Of a stretch of DNA of 64,000 bases, positions 45,242 through 55,591 are shown in pieces. Where the stretch lies: contig CAUJGQ010000138.1 in NCBI GenBank assembly GCA_963170165.1, positions 95,690 through 159,689 of the forward strand. Direction: 5' to 3'. The DNA is from Chloroflexota bacterium. GTDB taxonomy: Bacteria > Chloroflexota > Dehalococcoidia > CAUJGQ01. The translations under genes were made by a program, and so were the position numbers. The first letter of the stretch is position 1; each line of letters starts with the position of its first letter. The notes beneath the pieces are model-generated. The model was not told where the DNA came from. It saw only the letters and a list, made by a program, of their open reading frames with translations, and searched no databases.

Positions 45242-46390
45242 TCATCTTCGCTCCCCGCTGCGCCACACGCCGCGCACTTCGGACAGTGCGGCCGGGTCAT
45301 CCAGCGGGTCGCCAGCGAGCAGCAGCAGGTCGGCACGCAGGCCGGCGTGGATCCTGCCTGTCTCCTGCGCGATGCCGAGCAGCACCGCCGCGTCGGAGGT
45401 GGCCGCACGTAGCGCCTGTACCGGGCTCATGCCTGCTGCCTCAATCAGCAGCGCGACTTCACGGCGGATGGCGGTGACCGGCACGTTGGTGATGGCGTCG
45501 GTGCCGGCGGCGATGCGCACCCCCGCCCGGTGCGCCTGCCGTGCCGCCTCGACCGCTGCCTCCCAACGCTCGCGCGCCCGAGCTGCCGTCTCGGGCGGCC
45601 GGCCAGGGGCCATCTGCGGCGCCTGGGCCGCCTCCATCGCCACCAGCGTCGGTACCAACCACGTCCCCCGCCGCGCCATCTCTGCAATCGTGGCGGCGTC
45701 CAGCCGGTAGCCATGCTCGATGCAGTCGAACCCGGCCGCGACGGCATCCCGCGCGCCGTCCAGGCTGTGGGCATGAGCGGTGATGCGCAGCCCCACGGCG
45801 TGCGCCGCCCCGGCGGCCGCCGCCAAGCTGGCCTCGCCGAACGATCGGGGCACCCGCACCTCGGGTCCGGCGGGCACCGGCGAAGCGATCACCTTGATGA
45901 TACCGGCGCCGGCCGCCACCTGCGCCGCCACCGCGGCTCGCACCGCCTCAGGTGAGTCTGCTTCCGCGGCCACACCGGGAGCGTAACCGCCGGGCATCGC
46001 CACCGGCCGGCCGGCGGCAATGAGGTGCGGGCCGGGGGCCTCCCCTCGTGCGATGGCGCGCGCCGCCGTGATCACAGCGTGACTGGGCGCGCCGAGATCG
46101 CGGGCGGCCGTGATGCCCGTGGCCAGCGCCGCCGCCGCGTTGCGCAGCGTGGTCTCTTCCGCGCGTGCCGAGGCGCCACCCCAGCCCAGGTGGATATGCG
46201 CATCGATCAATCCCGGCAACAGCGTGCCGCCGTCACCGTCTACAACTTCAGCACCTGAAGCTGCCTCCGGCGCATCCCCGCGTGCTCCCGCCCAGGCAAC
46301 GCGCTCATCGACGATCAACAGCGCTGCGCCCTCCATCGCGCGCTCTGCCAGCCCGTCCCACAAGCGGATGTTCGTAATCAGCGTGCTCAT
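45242..46390 (-). CDS. Amidohydrolase-family metal-dependent hydrolase
   Basis: GLIDAHIHLGWGG, HAH, AAGTDA motifs. Start at internal ATG (MSTLITNIRL); the upstream part of the track ORF is non-coding-like. Confidence 0.75.
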   Translation of the reverse strand: MSTLITNIRLWDGLAERAMEGAALLIVDERVAWAGARGDAPEAASGAEVVDGDGGTLLPGLIDAHIHLGWGGASARAEETTLRNAAAALATGITAARDLGAPSHAVITAARAIARGEAPGPHLIAAGRPVAMPGGYAPGVAAEADSPEAVRAAVAAQVAAGAGIIKVIASPVPAGPEVRVPRSFGEASLAAAAGAAHAVGLRITAHAHSLDGARDAVAAGFDCIEHGYRLDAATIAEMARRGTWLVPTLVAMEAAQAPQMAPGRPPETAARARERWEAAVEAARQAHRAGVRIAAGTDAITNVPVTAIRREVALLIEAAGMSPVQALRAATSDAAVLLGIAQETGRIHAGLRADLLLLAGDPLDDPAALSEVRGVWRSGERR

Positions 46391-46544
46391 ACGTAGAGGA
46401 TACGGGGGACAGGGAGTAGGGATGAGGGGAGCACAACTCCCGCTCGCTGCACCCGCGACTGCTGCTCCCCACTCGCCATGAATCCCGTACGCTTTGGTGC
46501 AGCACGACGGCACTGGGGGGGCGATGGAGGGCGAACGCGACGCG

Positions 46545-48251
46545 ATGAGCAACCGTCAGGTAGCGGCGCTACTGCGCGATGTGGCAATGGCGCTCAAGAT
46601 CAAAGGTGCTGATCGCTTTCAGGCCGGCTCATATGACACGGCGGCGCGAGGGGTGGCGCACGCGCCGGCGCCGGTGCGCGAGTTGTGGCGGCAAGGGCGG
46701 CTGACGGACATCCCTGGTGTCGGCGGAACGATTGCCGGCCATCTGGATGAGTGGTTTCGTACCGGCCGCGCTGTCCGCTTTGATGAGGCGCTTTCCGGCA
46801 TCCCCGATGCGGTTCTGGAACTGGTGCAGATCCCCGGCGTTGGCCCTGCCACGGCGCAAAAGCTGGTGGCCGCCGGTGTGGAAGACCTCGATGACCTGGA
46901 ACGGCGGTTAGAGCGTGGCGACCTCACCGGCAGCGGGCTCACCGCCAAGGCGTTAGAAAAGATCGCCCAGGGGCTGGCAGAGTTGACGCGGCGTCCCGAT
47001 CGGGTACTGCTGCCCTCCGCGCTGGCCGCCGTTACTCCGCTGCTGGTGCATCTGCGCGCCGCTCCGAGCGTGCTCCGTGCCGAGCTGGCGGGCAGCGTCC
47101 GCCGCCGCGCCAGCACCGCCGCCAACCTCAACATCGCCATCGCCACCGCGGACATCGATGCCGCACTGGCACACGCCCGCACCTTTGCCGGCGTGGAGCG
47201 CGCTGAGCCGCTGATGGTTCGCGCTGAAAGCGACCGTGACACCCACGGTGCACGCGGGCTGACGATGGCGCTGCACAGCGGGCTGCCCGTACAGGTGCTG
47301 GCGGTGGCACCGGAGCAGTTCGGGGCGCTGTGGCAGTGGCAGACCGGCTCGGCCGCTCATAACGCCGGCCTGGCACGTATCGCAGTGGCGCACGGGTTGC
47401 GGCTGTCACCCGGTGGGTTGTGGTCCCCGGAAGGGCCGCTCGCCACGCCTGGCGAAGAGGATGTGTATCGGGCACTGGGCCTGAGCGCACCGCCGCCGGA
47501 GTTGCGCGAGGACCGGGGCGAGCTGGATGGGCCGCTGCCACGGCTGCTAGCCGCCGAGGATATCCGCGGCGACTGCCACTCCCACACCACCTGGAGCGAC
47601 GGCCGCGACAGCGCCCGGGCAATGATCGAGGCGGCGATTGCGCTGAGACGCGATTACCTGGTGATCACCGACCACTCGTACCCCAACCTCAACTACGCCC
47701 AACGTGCCGTGGAAATCGAGCTGCTGCAGCAGGCGTATCCCCAGATCCGGCTGGTCAACGGACTGGAGGTGAACATCACCGTGGAGGGCGGCCTGCAGGT
47801 GCCGGATCAGGTGCTGGCAGCGCATCAGTTCTGCCTGGCCAGCATTCACACCGGCTTCCGTCAGCCGCGCGATGTCATCACCCGCCGGCTGCTGGCTGCG
47901 CTCGCCCACCCTGCGATCAACGGCATCGCCCACCCAACGGGGCGGCTGTTGCTGCGACGAGAGGGCATCGACGCAGACTGGGACGCCGTTTTCGAGGCAT
48001 GCCTGCGCTATGACAAGTTTCTGGAGATCGACGGCCCGGCTGACCGCCTGGACCTGCCCGATGACCTGGTGCGCGAGGCGATGCGGCGGGGAGTGAAGCT
48101 GACGGTGGACAGCGATGCCCATGCCACCGAGGAGCTGCACAACCTCACGACGGGAATTGACGTCGCCCGCCGAGGCTGGGCCGGGCCGGCCAGCGTGCTC
48201 AACACCCTGCCTTACGACCAATTCCGCGTGGCGGCGCGGGTACGCGGATGA
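46545..48251 (+). CDS. DNA polymerase X-family protein with C-terminal PHP (polymerase/histidinol phosphatase) domain
   Basis: N-terminal pol-beta-like MSNRQVAALLRDVAMALKIKGADRFQAGSY, HhH GVGPATAQKL, PHP motifs CHSHTTWSDG, ITDHS, DSDAH. Confidence 0.8.
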   Translation: MSNRQVAALLRDVAMALKIKGADRFQAGSYDTAARGVAHAPAPVRELWRQGRLTDIPGVGGTIAGHLDEWFRTGRAVRFDEALSGIPDAVLELVQIPGVGPATAQKLVAAGVEDLDDLERRLERGDLTGSGLTAKALEKIAQGLAELTRRPDRVLLPSALAAVTPLLVHLRAAPSVLRAELAGSVRRRASTAANLNIAIATADIDAALAHARTFAGVERAEPLMVRAESDRDTHGARGLTMALHSGLPVQVLAVAPEQFGALWQWQTGSAAHNAGLARIAVAHGLRLSPGGLWSPEGPLATPGEEDVYRALGLSAPPPELREDRGELDGPLPRLLAAEDIRGDCHSHTTWSDGRDSARAMIEAAIALRRDYLVITDHSYPNLNYAQRAVEIELLQQAYPQIRLVNGLEVNITVEGGLQVPDQVLAAHQFCLASIHTGFRQPRDVITRRLLAALAHPAINGIAHPTGRLLLRREGIDADWDAVFEACLRYDKFLEIDGPADRLDLPDDLVREAMRRGVKLTVDSDAHATEELHNLTTGIDVARRGWAGPASVLNTLPYDQFRVAARVRG

Positions 48252-49576
48252 GCAAGCCACGCCGTGCGCAGTGCGGGCGGCGCGACGGGCCGGCTGCTGG
48301 CGCTGTCCGCCGCGATGAAGCTGATGCTGTCCACATATAGGGCGGGCTGGGCGCTGCCGTTGCGCTCCTGAATGACCACGCCGCCGATGGCGCGCCCGGC
48401 CGCCCCCAGATCCGTCACTGGGATCTGATACACCTTCCAGGCGCTGGCGGGAGGAGCGCCGCCATAGGCGTCGATCAGCACGGACTTCAGCCGGCCGCCG
48501 CTCTCATCGCGCAACTCCACGCCGTACCGCTGGCCCGCCTGGGTAGCGCGCGCGGCGAAGCGGAGCAGCGTGACGCTGCCGGCCGGCACCGGTGTCGCCG
48601 TCCGCAGGTACAATCCCGCCCATGCCGACGTGGCGGTAAACGAGATGCTGCGCGCCCCGGCATAGACCGGTGCGGTTGCCGACAGATTAACGGTGGCTCC
48701 CCACGACCAGTTGCGCCAGCCCGCCGCCGGCGCGTCGTCGTACACCACGGTTCCCACCGAGGGCGCAGCAGCCAGGATGGTGAAGCTGTCAATCTGCCCG
48801 CCACCGGGATAGGCATGGAAGCGACCGGTGATGCCGGTCTCCGCGAGCGTGATCATGAGCGGACCGCGGCCGCGGTAGGTACGCACTGTGCCCGGCGCCG
48901 CCCCGGCGATGACATCGGTGCCACGGCCGCCGGTACCAGCCACGATGTATGTAATACCGCCGCGGACGCTGCGCTGGTAGTTGTGCTCGTGTGCGGCCAG
49001 CACCAGGTCGACACCGTGCTCGGCCAGCAGGCCTTCCATTGCCGCCCCATCACCCGGGAACTCGCTGCCGGGGTGACTGGCAGCAGCGCCCAACCACCAC
49101 TGCCGGTGCAGTACGAGGATTTTGAGCGGCTCTGCCGCAGCGTCCAGTGCGCTGACCAGCCACTGCCATTGCCCCGAGCCGGGCCACAGCGAGCGTTCAG
49201 TGTCGATGCCGATCAGCCGCACGCCGCTGACACGCGTGGACCAGTTGAGCGCGCCACCGGGATACAGCGCGGTGTAGGCGCTGTTGCTATCGTGGTTGCC
49301 GCGCACGCACAGGCAGCCACCGGCAAGCAGCGCCGCCATCTGCTGCTTCCAGGCGGTGGGGCCGGCGCTATAGCCATAGTCGCCCAGCCCCAGGTAGCCA
49401 TCGCTGCCCAGGTCGACCGCCAGGGCTGCCACGCCGGCCGCGTTGCTGCTGACGCCGCTGTCGCCGTAGGCAGCGATCGTGCGGGGGGCGGCGTGCGCTG
49501 GCTCAGGCGTAGCGGCGCTTGCGCCCGTTAGGAGCAGTGCAGCCGAAACCAGGAGCTGGAGCCATACCCGACGCAT
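48212..49576 (-). CDS. Secreted calcineurin-like metallophosphoesterase with C-terminal extension
   Basis: Signal peptide; GDSG, GNHD, AAHEHNYQR motifs. 3' end overlaps PolX by 40 nt (convergent). Confidence 0.8.
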   Translation of the reverse strand: MRRVWLQLLVSAALLLTGASAATPEPAHAAPRTIAAYGDSGVSSNAAGVAALAVDLGSDGYLGLGDYGYSAGPTAWKQQMAALLAGGCLCVRGNHDSNSAYTALYPGGALNWSTRVSGVRLIGIDTERSLWPGSGQWQWLVSALDAAAEPLKILVLHRQWWLGAAASHPGSEFPGDGAAMEGLLAEHGVDLVLAAHEHNYQRSVRGGITYIVAGTGGRGTDVIAGAAPGTVRTYRGRGPLMITLAETGITGRFHAYPGGGQIDSFTILAAAPSVGTVVYDDAPAAGWRNWSWGATVNLSATAPVYAGARSISFTATSAWAGLYLRTATPVPAGSVTLLRFAARATQAGQRYGVELRDESGGRLKSVLIDAYGGAPPASAWKVYQIPVTDLGAAGRAIGGVVIQERNGSAQPALYVDSISFIAADSASSRPVAPPALRTAWLAHPRTRAATRNWS

Positions 49577-49615
49577 AAGGCATCTCCTGTGTGGTTGGCG
49601 GGACGCGGAGCCGGC

Positions 49616-52312
49616 TCAGGCGGACGGTGCAGCGTGGAGCGGAAGGGTGATCGCAACCGTCGTGCCCTGCTCTGAGACAGAGGTAATGGTCACGCTGCCA
49701 TCGTGCTGCTCGATGATCTGGCGGACCAGCGATAGCCCGATGCCGGCGCCCCAGATACCGCCGACATTGGCCCCCCGCCGGAAGCGCTCGAAGACGTGCG
49801 GCAGGTCGGCTGCCGGGATGCCGATACCGCTGTCAGCGACGGTGACGGTGGCGGTCTGGCCGTCGTCACTCGGGGTGACGGAGACCATGATCATGCCGCC
49901 GCCCGGGCTGTACTTCACCGCGTTGGCGAGCACATTCGAGATAGCGCGGCCCAGGCGGGCGCGGTCGAACCAGCCCCGCAGCGGCTCGTCCGGCAGCTCC
50001 AGCACGAAGTTGTGACCGGCGGCCCGCGCTTCGGAGACGAGATCATCCACCAGCCCATCAAGGGCCAGCAGCTCCGGGTTCAATTGGAGGATACGCCCGC
50101 TTTGCAGACGGGAGACGTCCAGCAGGTCGGTGATCAACTCGGTCATGCGCCGCGCATTGACGCTGATCGTGCTCAGCCCCTCCGCAAGCGCCGCGCGGTA
50201 CGGGCCGTCCAGCCGTTCAAGCCGTCGCTCCAGCACCTGGGCGAATCCGGCGATAGAGGTGAGCGGTGTGCGCAACTCGTGGGAGACGGCTGAGAGGAAT
50301 TCGTCGCGCACGCTGAGCGCATGCTGCGCGTGCGCACGGGCGGCCTGCTCGGCTTCATAGAGGCGGGCGTTTTCGAAGGCAATCGCCACTCGTTCGGCCG
50401 CCAGTGTCATCAGCGTGGTGTCCTCGCTGGTAAACTGCCGCTCCCCCCGGCTGCCGGCATGCAGCACCCCGAGCACCTGTCCATGCGTCACCAGCGGTAC
50501 ACCCAACAGCGAGCGCAACCCGGCCCGCCGGATCTCCGGCTGCACGAGATCCACCGTCGCGACATCGTCCACGATGATCGGCCGCCGCTCCTGCGCGACC
50601 CGCCCAGCAAATCCGGCGCCGAGAGGGATACGGATGCTGTAGTCAACCGGCTCGTGCACGCCGGCGATAGCGCGGGGAAGGAGCGCACCATCCTCGGGAT
50701 CTACCAGCAGCACGGCGACGGTGTCCACCTCTAGCGCCTCGCGGACGCGCACCGGCAGCTCATCGAGCAACGCCTGAAGCGACAGGCTGGACAGCGCCGC
50801 ATCGGTGACGGACTGGAGACGGCGAAGGCGTAGGGCCGACGCCTCGGCCGTTTCGCGGGCGACGCGCTCCCTGTCCAGCAGCTCCCGCCGTTCGGCTTCG
50901 GCCTGGGCCCGCTCGGTGATATCGCGCAGGATGACGGTGTACAGCCGCCGCCCGTCAATCTCAATCTGCGAGATCGTCGCCTCAATCGGGAAGTGCGTGC
51001 CGTCTGCGCGCACCGCGGTGAGGGGTTCCAGGTGGCCCATGGAGCGCCGGGTGACGCCGGTGGCGCCAAACCGGTCGACATGGCCGCGATGGAGGTTACG
51101 CGCCGCCGCCGGCAGAAACCGATCGAGCGGGCCGCCAATCGCCTCGTCCGCTGTGCAGCCAAACATCTCCTCGGCAGCGCGGTTGAAGACGGTGACACGC
51201 TGCTGATCGTCGATCGTGATGATCGCGTCCATCGCCGAACCGACGATGCCGCCCATACGCGCCTCAGTGGTCTCGGCCAGGCGATTGAGCGCGAGCGCGA
51301 GGTTCTGCACCTCTGCCGGTCCGGAGACGGGAACACGGGTGGACCAGGCCCCGCCGGTTAGCGCGCGGGCGGCGGCGCTGGCGCCGGCCATCGGCACCGT
51401 GATGTACCGGCCGGTGAGGGTAACGCCCATGGCAGCAAGCAACATTGCCACCGCCAGCAGGACAAACTGCCGCAGCACATCGTCGCGGATGGGGGCGAAC
51501 ACGGCTGCGCGCGGGATTCCGGCATTGAGATGCCAGGAGACCTGCTCCAGCGCGCTGAAGACGTACAGCCGCTGCCGGCCGTCGATCCCTTCCATCTCGG
51601 CAGTGCCGCGCTGTTCGGTGATCGTGCGGCGGACCAGCGGGTGGGCATGCAGGTCCTGGCCGACCCACCGCTCCGCGTCCTCGGAGCGGGCAATGACCAG
51701 CCCGCCACCGCTGAGCAGCGTGATCACCGAACCGTGCGGTAGGTGCGTGGAGTCGATCAACTCCTGAAACCGGTCCAGATGCAGCGACACGGCGGCGATG
51801 CCGGTGATGCCGCCGCTGCCGTCGTTCACCGGGCGTGCCAGGTGGATGACCGCCGCGCCCGTGGCCCGCGAGCGGGCCGGCACACCGGCCACTAACCCCT
51901 GCTCACGCACCGCCCGTTGGAAGTACTCGCGGTCCAGCGGCGGTGTGATACCGGCGCTATCGCCTTCCGCCAGCCCCACCGTCTGGCCGCCTGGGGTGAG
52001 CAGGATGATGTTGGCGACCCAGACCGGCAGGTCGGCTTTGATAGCGCGTAATGTCTGGTCGTTGACATCGCGCTCCGCCTCGGTGAAGCGCGACATCCGT
52101 CCCACGGAGCGCAGCAGCAGGTCGATGCCGGTGATCTGCGCCTCCAGTTCGGCGCGGACCGCTTCGGCGCGGGCCTGGGCCAGCGTCTGGGCATTGCGAC
52201 GTGCGGACTGGTAGCTGCTGGTCAGTTCTACCACAACAACGATCAGCAGCGGTGCCACCGCCGTCATCGCCAAGAGGCCGAGCAGCAGCCGGATGGGGAT
52301 ACGCCGGCGCAT
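49616..52312 (-). CDS. Sensor histidine kinase: periplasmic sensor domain, TM, PAS, GAF, HisKA and HATPase_c
   Basis: 898 aa; H-box LSAVSHELRTPLTSI, N/G boxes NAVKYSPGGG, DSGIGIP, GIGLSLV. Confidence 0.9.
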   Translation of the reverse strand: MRRRIPIRLLLGLLAMTAVAPLLIVVVVELTSSYQSARRNAQTLAQARAEAVRAELEAQITGIDLLLRSVGRMSRFTEAERDVNDQTLRAIKADLPVWVANIILLTPGGQTVGLAEGDSAGITPPLDREYFQRAVREQGLVAGVPARSRATGAAVIHLARPVNDGSGGITGIAAVSLHLDRFQELIDSTHLPHGSVITLLSGGGLVIARSEDAERWVGQDLHAHPLVRRTITEQRGTAEMEGIDGRQRLYVFSALEQVSWHLNAGIPRAAVFAPIRDDVLRQFVLLAVAMLLAAMGVTLTGRYITVPMAGASAAARALTGGAWSTRVPVSGPAEVQNLALALNRLAETTEARMGGIVGSAMDAIITIDDQQRVTVFNRAAEEMFGCTADEAIGGPLDRFLPAAARNLHRGHVDRFGATGVTRRSMGHLEPLTAVRADGTHFPIEATISQIEIDGRRLYTVILRDITERAQAEAERRELLDRERVARETAEASALRLRRLQSVTDAALSSLSLQALLDELPVRVREALEVDTVAVLLVDPEDGALLPRAIAGVHEPVDYSIRIPLGAGFAGRVAQERRPIIVDDVATVDLVQPEIRRAGLRSLLGVPLVTHGQVLGVLHAGSRGERQFTSEDTTLMTLAAERVAIAFENARLYEAEQAARAHAQHALSVRDEFLSAVSHELRTPLTSIAGFAQVLERRLERLDGPYRAALAEGLSTISVNARRMTELITDLLDVSRLQSGRILQLNPELLALDGLVDDLVSEARAAGHNFVLELPDEPLRGWFDRARLGRAISNVLANAVKYSPGGGMIMVSVTPSDDGQTATVTVADSGIGIPAADLPHVFERFRRGANVGGIWGAGIGLSLVRQIIEQHDGSVTITSVSEQGTTVAITLPLHAAPSA

Positions 52313-52443
52313 GCGCCGCTCTCCGGTGAAGCGAAACCACAGGCCGCGTCACAAGGAGCCGACGCGGGGATTGCCAGCCTGGTGCCACTGGCATCGTAAC
52401 CTGCCCGCCGGTGCGCCGGCAGCAGCATGACGTAATGTTGCTG

Positions 52444-53202
52444 TTATGTTCCACCCCAGGCGGCCAGCAGCGCCGGAAGTTCCACCAATTGGGTGATGAC
52501 TGCATCCGGCACAATGTGGTCAGGCTTGGGCCGGGGGACGCCGTTGGTCTTCCACACGCCGCGCATCCCTGCGCCGGCGGCGCCCGAGATGTCATCGATT
52601 GGGCGGTCGCCTACCATCACGCAGGCGGACGCCGGCACCCCCAACCGCCCGGCCACCGCGGCGAAGACCGCGGGATGGGGCTTGGAGTGGGGCAGGTCCG
52701 ACGTGTAGACCAGCTCATCCAGCAGCCCGGATAGCCCGTGAGTTGCCAGGTCGGCGTTGTGCCAATCCGCCGCCCACCAGGTGTTGGACAGCAGCCCCAG
52801 CCGGTAGCCGCGGGCGCGGAGTGATTCCAGCACCGGCCGGGCATCGGCGAAAGCCACCGCCCAGCCGTCGACCGCGCGGGCATAGCCATCGAGTGCGGCG
52901 ATCAGTTCGTGTTCATGCACGGAACAGCCCAGGCGTCGGAAGCCATCGCTGAGCAGGCTGGAAGGCGGCCCGCTCCAATGCTCCGTCTCCACCCGCACCC
53001 AGTGGGCCAGCTCGGCGGCGCGCATGGCAGCGGCATATTGCTCACGCGCCGGCCAGCCGGCACGCGGCACCGCGCGGATCAGATGGTCATATGACAGCGC
53101 CCAGCGACGCGGGGCGTCCGCATCCCAGTCAGGCCAATCAACCAGCGTGCCGCCGAGATCGAAGATTACCGCGCGGGGGGAGGTATAGCGGTCCTGTGGC
53201 AT
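52444..53202 (-). CDS. HAD-superfamily hydrolase
   Basis: Motif I VIFDLGGTLVDW, motif III K, motif IV VGDRPIDD. Start at ATG 53202 (MPQDRY); the remainder of track ORF 52444..54186 is antisense to the CDF gene. Confidence 0.8.
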   Translation of the reverse strand: MPQDRYTSPRAVIFDLGGTLVDWPDWDADAPRRWALSYDHLIRAVPRAGWPAREQYAAAMRAAELAHWVRVETEHWSGPPSSLLSDGFRRLGCSVHEHELIAALDGYARAVDGWAVAFADARPVLESLRARGYRLGLLSNTWWAADWHNADLATHGLSGLLDELVYTSDLPHSKPHPAVFAAVAGRLGVPASACVMVGDRPIDDISGAAGAGMRGVWKTNGVPRPKPDHIVPDAVITQLVELPALLAAWGGT

Positions 53203-53295
53203 GGGCGCCAGCGTACCATACCCTACCGCCATTTCTGGATGGCACTGCCGGAACAGGTGGTTACACTGGAAACAGGCGCACGGCGGGAGTCGGCG

Positions 53296-54270
53296 ATGCA
53301 CGACCACGGCCATGTTCATCCCGGGGAAGAGGTGCGGGCGCGCAGCCGCCGCGCGCTGCTGGGTGCAATGCTGGTAACCGCCGGCTTTGCGGTGGCCGAG
53401 GTGATCGGTGGATTGCTCACCGGCTCGCTGGCGCTGCTGGCAGACGCCGGACACATGGCCACCGACATGATGGCGCTGGCGCTCGGCATGTTTGCAGCCT
53501 GGATCGCCGGGCGGCCACGCACCCCACGCAAGACCTACGGCTACTATCGTACCGAGATCCTGGCGGCCTTCATCAACGGCGCGGCGCTGGTGCTGATCTC
53601 CGCCGTTGTCATCTGGCAGGCGGCCTCGCGCCTGTCCCAACCGGCGGACGTGGAGTCCGGACCGATGCTCGTGGTGGCAGTGCTGGGCTTGCTCGCCAAC
53701 CTGGTGGCGGCCGGCATCCTGCTGCGCGCCGGCGGCAACGGCCTCAACGTGCGCGGGGCGCTGTGGCATGTGGCCGGCGACGCGCTCGGCTCGGTCGGTG
53801 CGATCATCGCGGCAGTGGTGATCCTCACCACCGGCTGGGGCCGTGCCGATGCCCTCGTATCTCTCTTCATCGCGCTGCTGATCCTGGCCGGAGCCTGGCG
53901 GCTGCTGCGCGCCTCCACCGACGTACTGCTGGAGGGCACACCGGCCCATATCAACCTCGGCGAATTGGAGGACGCGCTCACCGCCGTCCCCGGTGTCACC
54001 CGCGTCCACGACGTGCACGTCTGGACGGTGACCAGCGGCTTTGACGCCATGAGCGGCCACGCCGAGCTGGACGGCAGCCGCGACGCGCATGACGTGCTCG
54101 ACGACCTGACCCGGACACTCATCGAGCGGTTCGCCATCTCTCATGTCACGATCCAGCCAGAGCCTGCTGCCCACGCGGACTGCCACGGCCCCGGCTGCGA
54201 TGACGCCCCGTTCGCCGCAGGTAGCCAGGTGTCAGCCGCCGGCGGCCTGCGCCCGAGCAGCCCGCGCTAG
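53296..54270 (+). CDS. Cation diffusion facilitator (CzcD/ZitB-type metal efflux) transporter
   Basis: His-rich N-terminus MHDHGHVHPGEE, TM motifs LLADAGHMATD, HVAGDALGSVG, C-terminal CTD. Confidence 0.85.
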   Translation: MHDHGHVHPGEEVRARSRRALLGAMLVTAGFAVAEVIGGLLTGSLALLADAGHMATDMMALALGMFAAWIAGRPRTPRKTYGYYRTEILAAFINGAALVLISAVVIWQAASRLSQPADVESGPMLVVAVLGLLANLVAAGILLRAGGNGLNVRGALWHVAGDALGSVGAIIAAVVILTTGWGRADALVSLFIALLILAGAWRLLRASTDVLLEGTPAHINLGELEDALTAVPGVTRVHDVHVWTVTSGFDAMSGHAELDGSRDAHDVLDDLTRTLIERFAISHVTIQPEPAAHADCHGPGCDDAPFAAGSQVSAAGGLRPSSPR

Positions 54271-54335
54271 CCCTGTCCTGCCCCTAGCCGCCCGGCGCGG
54301 TATGCTAGGGCGCAGGCTGACGAGCCGGGGAGGCG

Positions 54336-55520
54336 ATGATGACCGCTGTGCTCCCGCCCTATCTGGACGGCCGCGCGTTGATGGAGTGGGTCCGGCAGTT
54401 CGACGCGCTCGGCACCCACCGCACTGGTAGCGCGGGCGACGAGGCCACCACGGAATGGCTGATCGCCCGGCTGGCCGAGGCCGGCATACACGGTGAGGCG
54501 CACTCGTTCACGTTTCCTAAGCTCGATGTCACCACCGCCGAGTTGCACGCCGGCGGTGAGGTCATCGCCGGACACGCACAGATGGATGCCGGGCTCACCC
54601 GTGCCGGCGGCGTTGACGGGCCGCTCGTCGGTGCTGATGCCGTCACTCCCGGCGCCATCGCCGTGCTCGATGCGCGGCTGGAGGGGGCGGCGCACGCGGC
54701 CGACGCGGCGGTGAGTGCCTGCGCGGCGGCGGGAGCAGGCGGGCTAATCGTCATCGGGCGGCGGCCAACGGGCAGCATCACGTTGATGAATGCGCCCCAC
54801 CTGTCCTGGCCCGCGCCGCTGCCCGTGCTCTTCATCCCCCAAGCAGAGGCAGGCACGGTAGCGGCGGCACTGGCGGCGGGAGGCAGTGCGCGATTGGTGG
54901 TCGAAGGGGAGCGGGTCCACGCCCGCGCCACCAACGTCATCGCCCGCGTACCGGCCGATGCCGGACTGACCGGAGCCGCGCCCATCGGCCTGATGACCCC
55001 GAAGAGCGGTTGGTTTCACTGTGCGGCCGAACGCGGGGGAGGAATCGTCATCTGGCTGGCGGTGGCGGCAGCGCTGGCGAACACGCCCGGCCGGACCCGT
55101 GATGTGGTGCTGGCGGCCACCTCCGGCCACGAACTCGGCCATGCCGGTCTAGAGGCCTGGCTGCTGGAGTTTCCAGCGGCGGCCACGGTCTGCGAGTTCT
55201 GGGTGCATCTCGGCGCCTCTATCGGTGCGGCCGTCGCGCCCAATCTGGGGATGTTCGCCTCGGACAGCGCGCTCCAGCGACAGATGGAGGCGCAGTTGAC
55301 CGCCGCCGGCGCCGGACCGTACCGGACCCTGCCGGCCGGGGTACCGCCCGGCGGAGAGGCGCGGAACGTTGCCCTGCGTGGCGGCCGCTTCGTCTCCTTT
55401 GCCGGCGGCCACGCCTACTTCCACACCCCCGAGGACCGGCCGGACAAGGTCGATGCCGCTGCTGTGGCGCGCTACGCCACGGCGGTGACTAGCTTCGTGG
55501 TGGACGCTGCCCGGACGTGA
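54336..55520 (+). CDS. Zn-exopeptidase-fold protein (M28/M20-like aminopeptidase family), tentative
   Basis: 394 aa; N-terminal pattern LMEWVRQFDALGTHRTGSAGDEATTEWLIARL resembles the M28 N-terminus. Catalytic residues not confidently placed. Confidence 0.45.
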   Translation: MMTAVLPPYLDGRALMEWVRQFDALGTHRTGSAGDEATTEWLIARLAEAGIHGEAHSFTFPKLDVTTAELHAGGEVIAGHAQMDAGLTRAGGVDGPLVGADAVTPGAIAVLDARLEGAAHAADAAVSACAAAGAGGLIVIGRRPTGSITLMNAPHLSWPAPLPVLFIPQAEAGTVAAALAAGGSARLVVEGERVHARATNVIARVPADAGLTGAAPIGLMTPKSGWFHCAAERGGGIVIWLAVAAALANTPGRTRDVVLAATSGHELGHAGLEAWLLEFPAAATVCEFWVHLGASIGAAVAPNLGMFASDSALQRQMEAQLTAAGAGPYRTLPAGVPPGGEARNVALRGGRFVSFAGGHAYFHTPEDRPDKVDAAAVARYATAVTSFVVDAART

Positions 55521-55591
55521 GCCCGGCGGGCAAACCGTCCGGCCATGGCCGATGCTGAAGGGACCAGGGTCAACGCAACAGGCGGTGCGGT

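Noticed and set aside
53203-54186. Upstream 330 codons of 580-aa minus ORF 52444..54186
   Set aside because: Antisense to the well-supported CDF transporter gene. The HAD hydrolase domain starts at the internal Met 53202.
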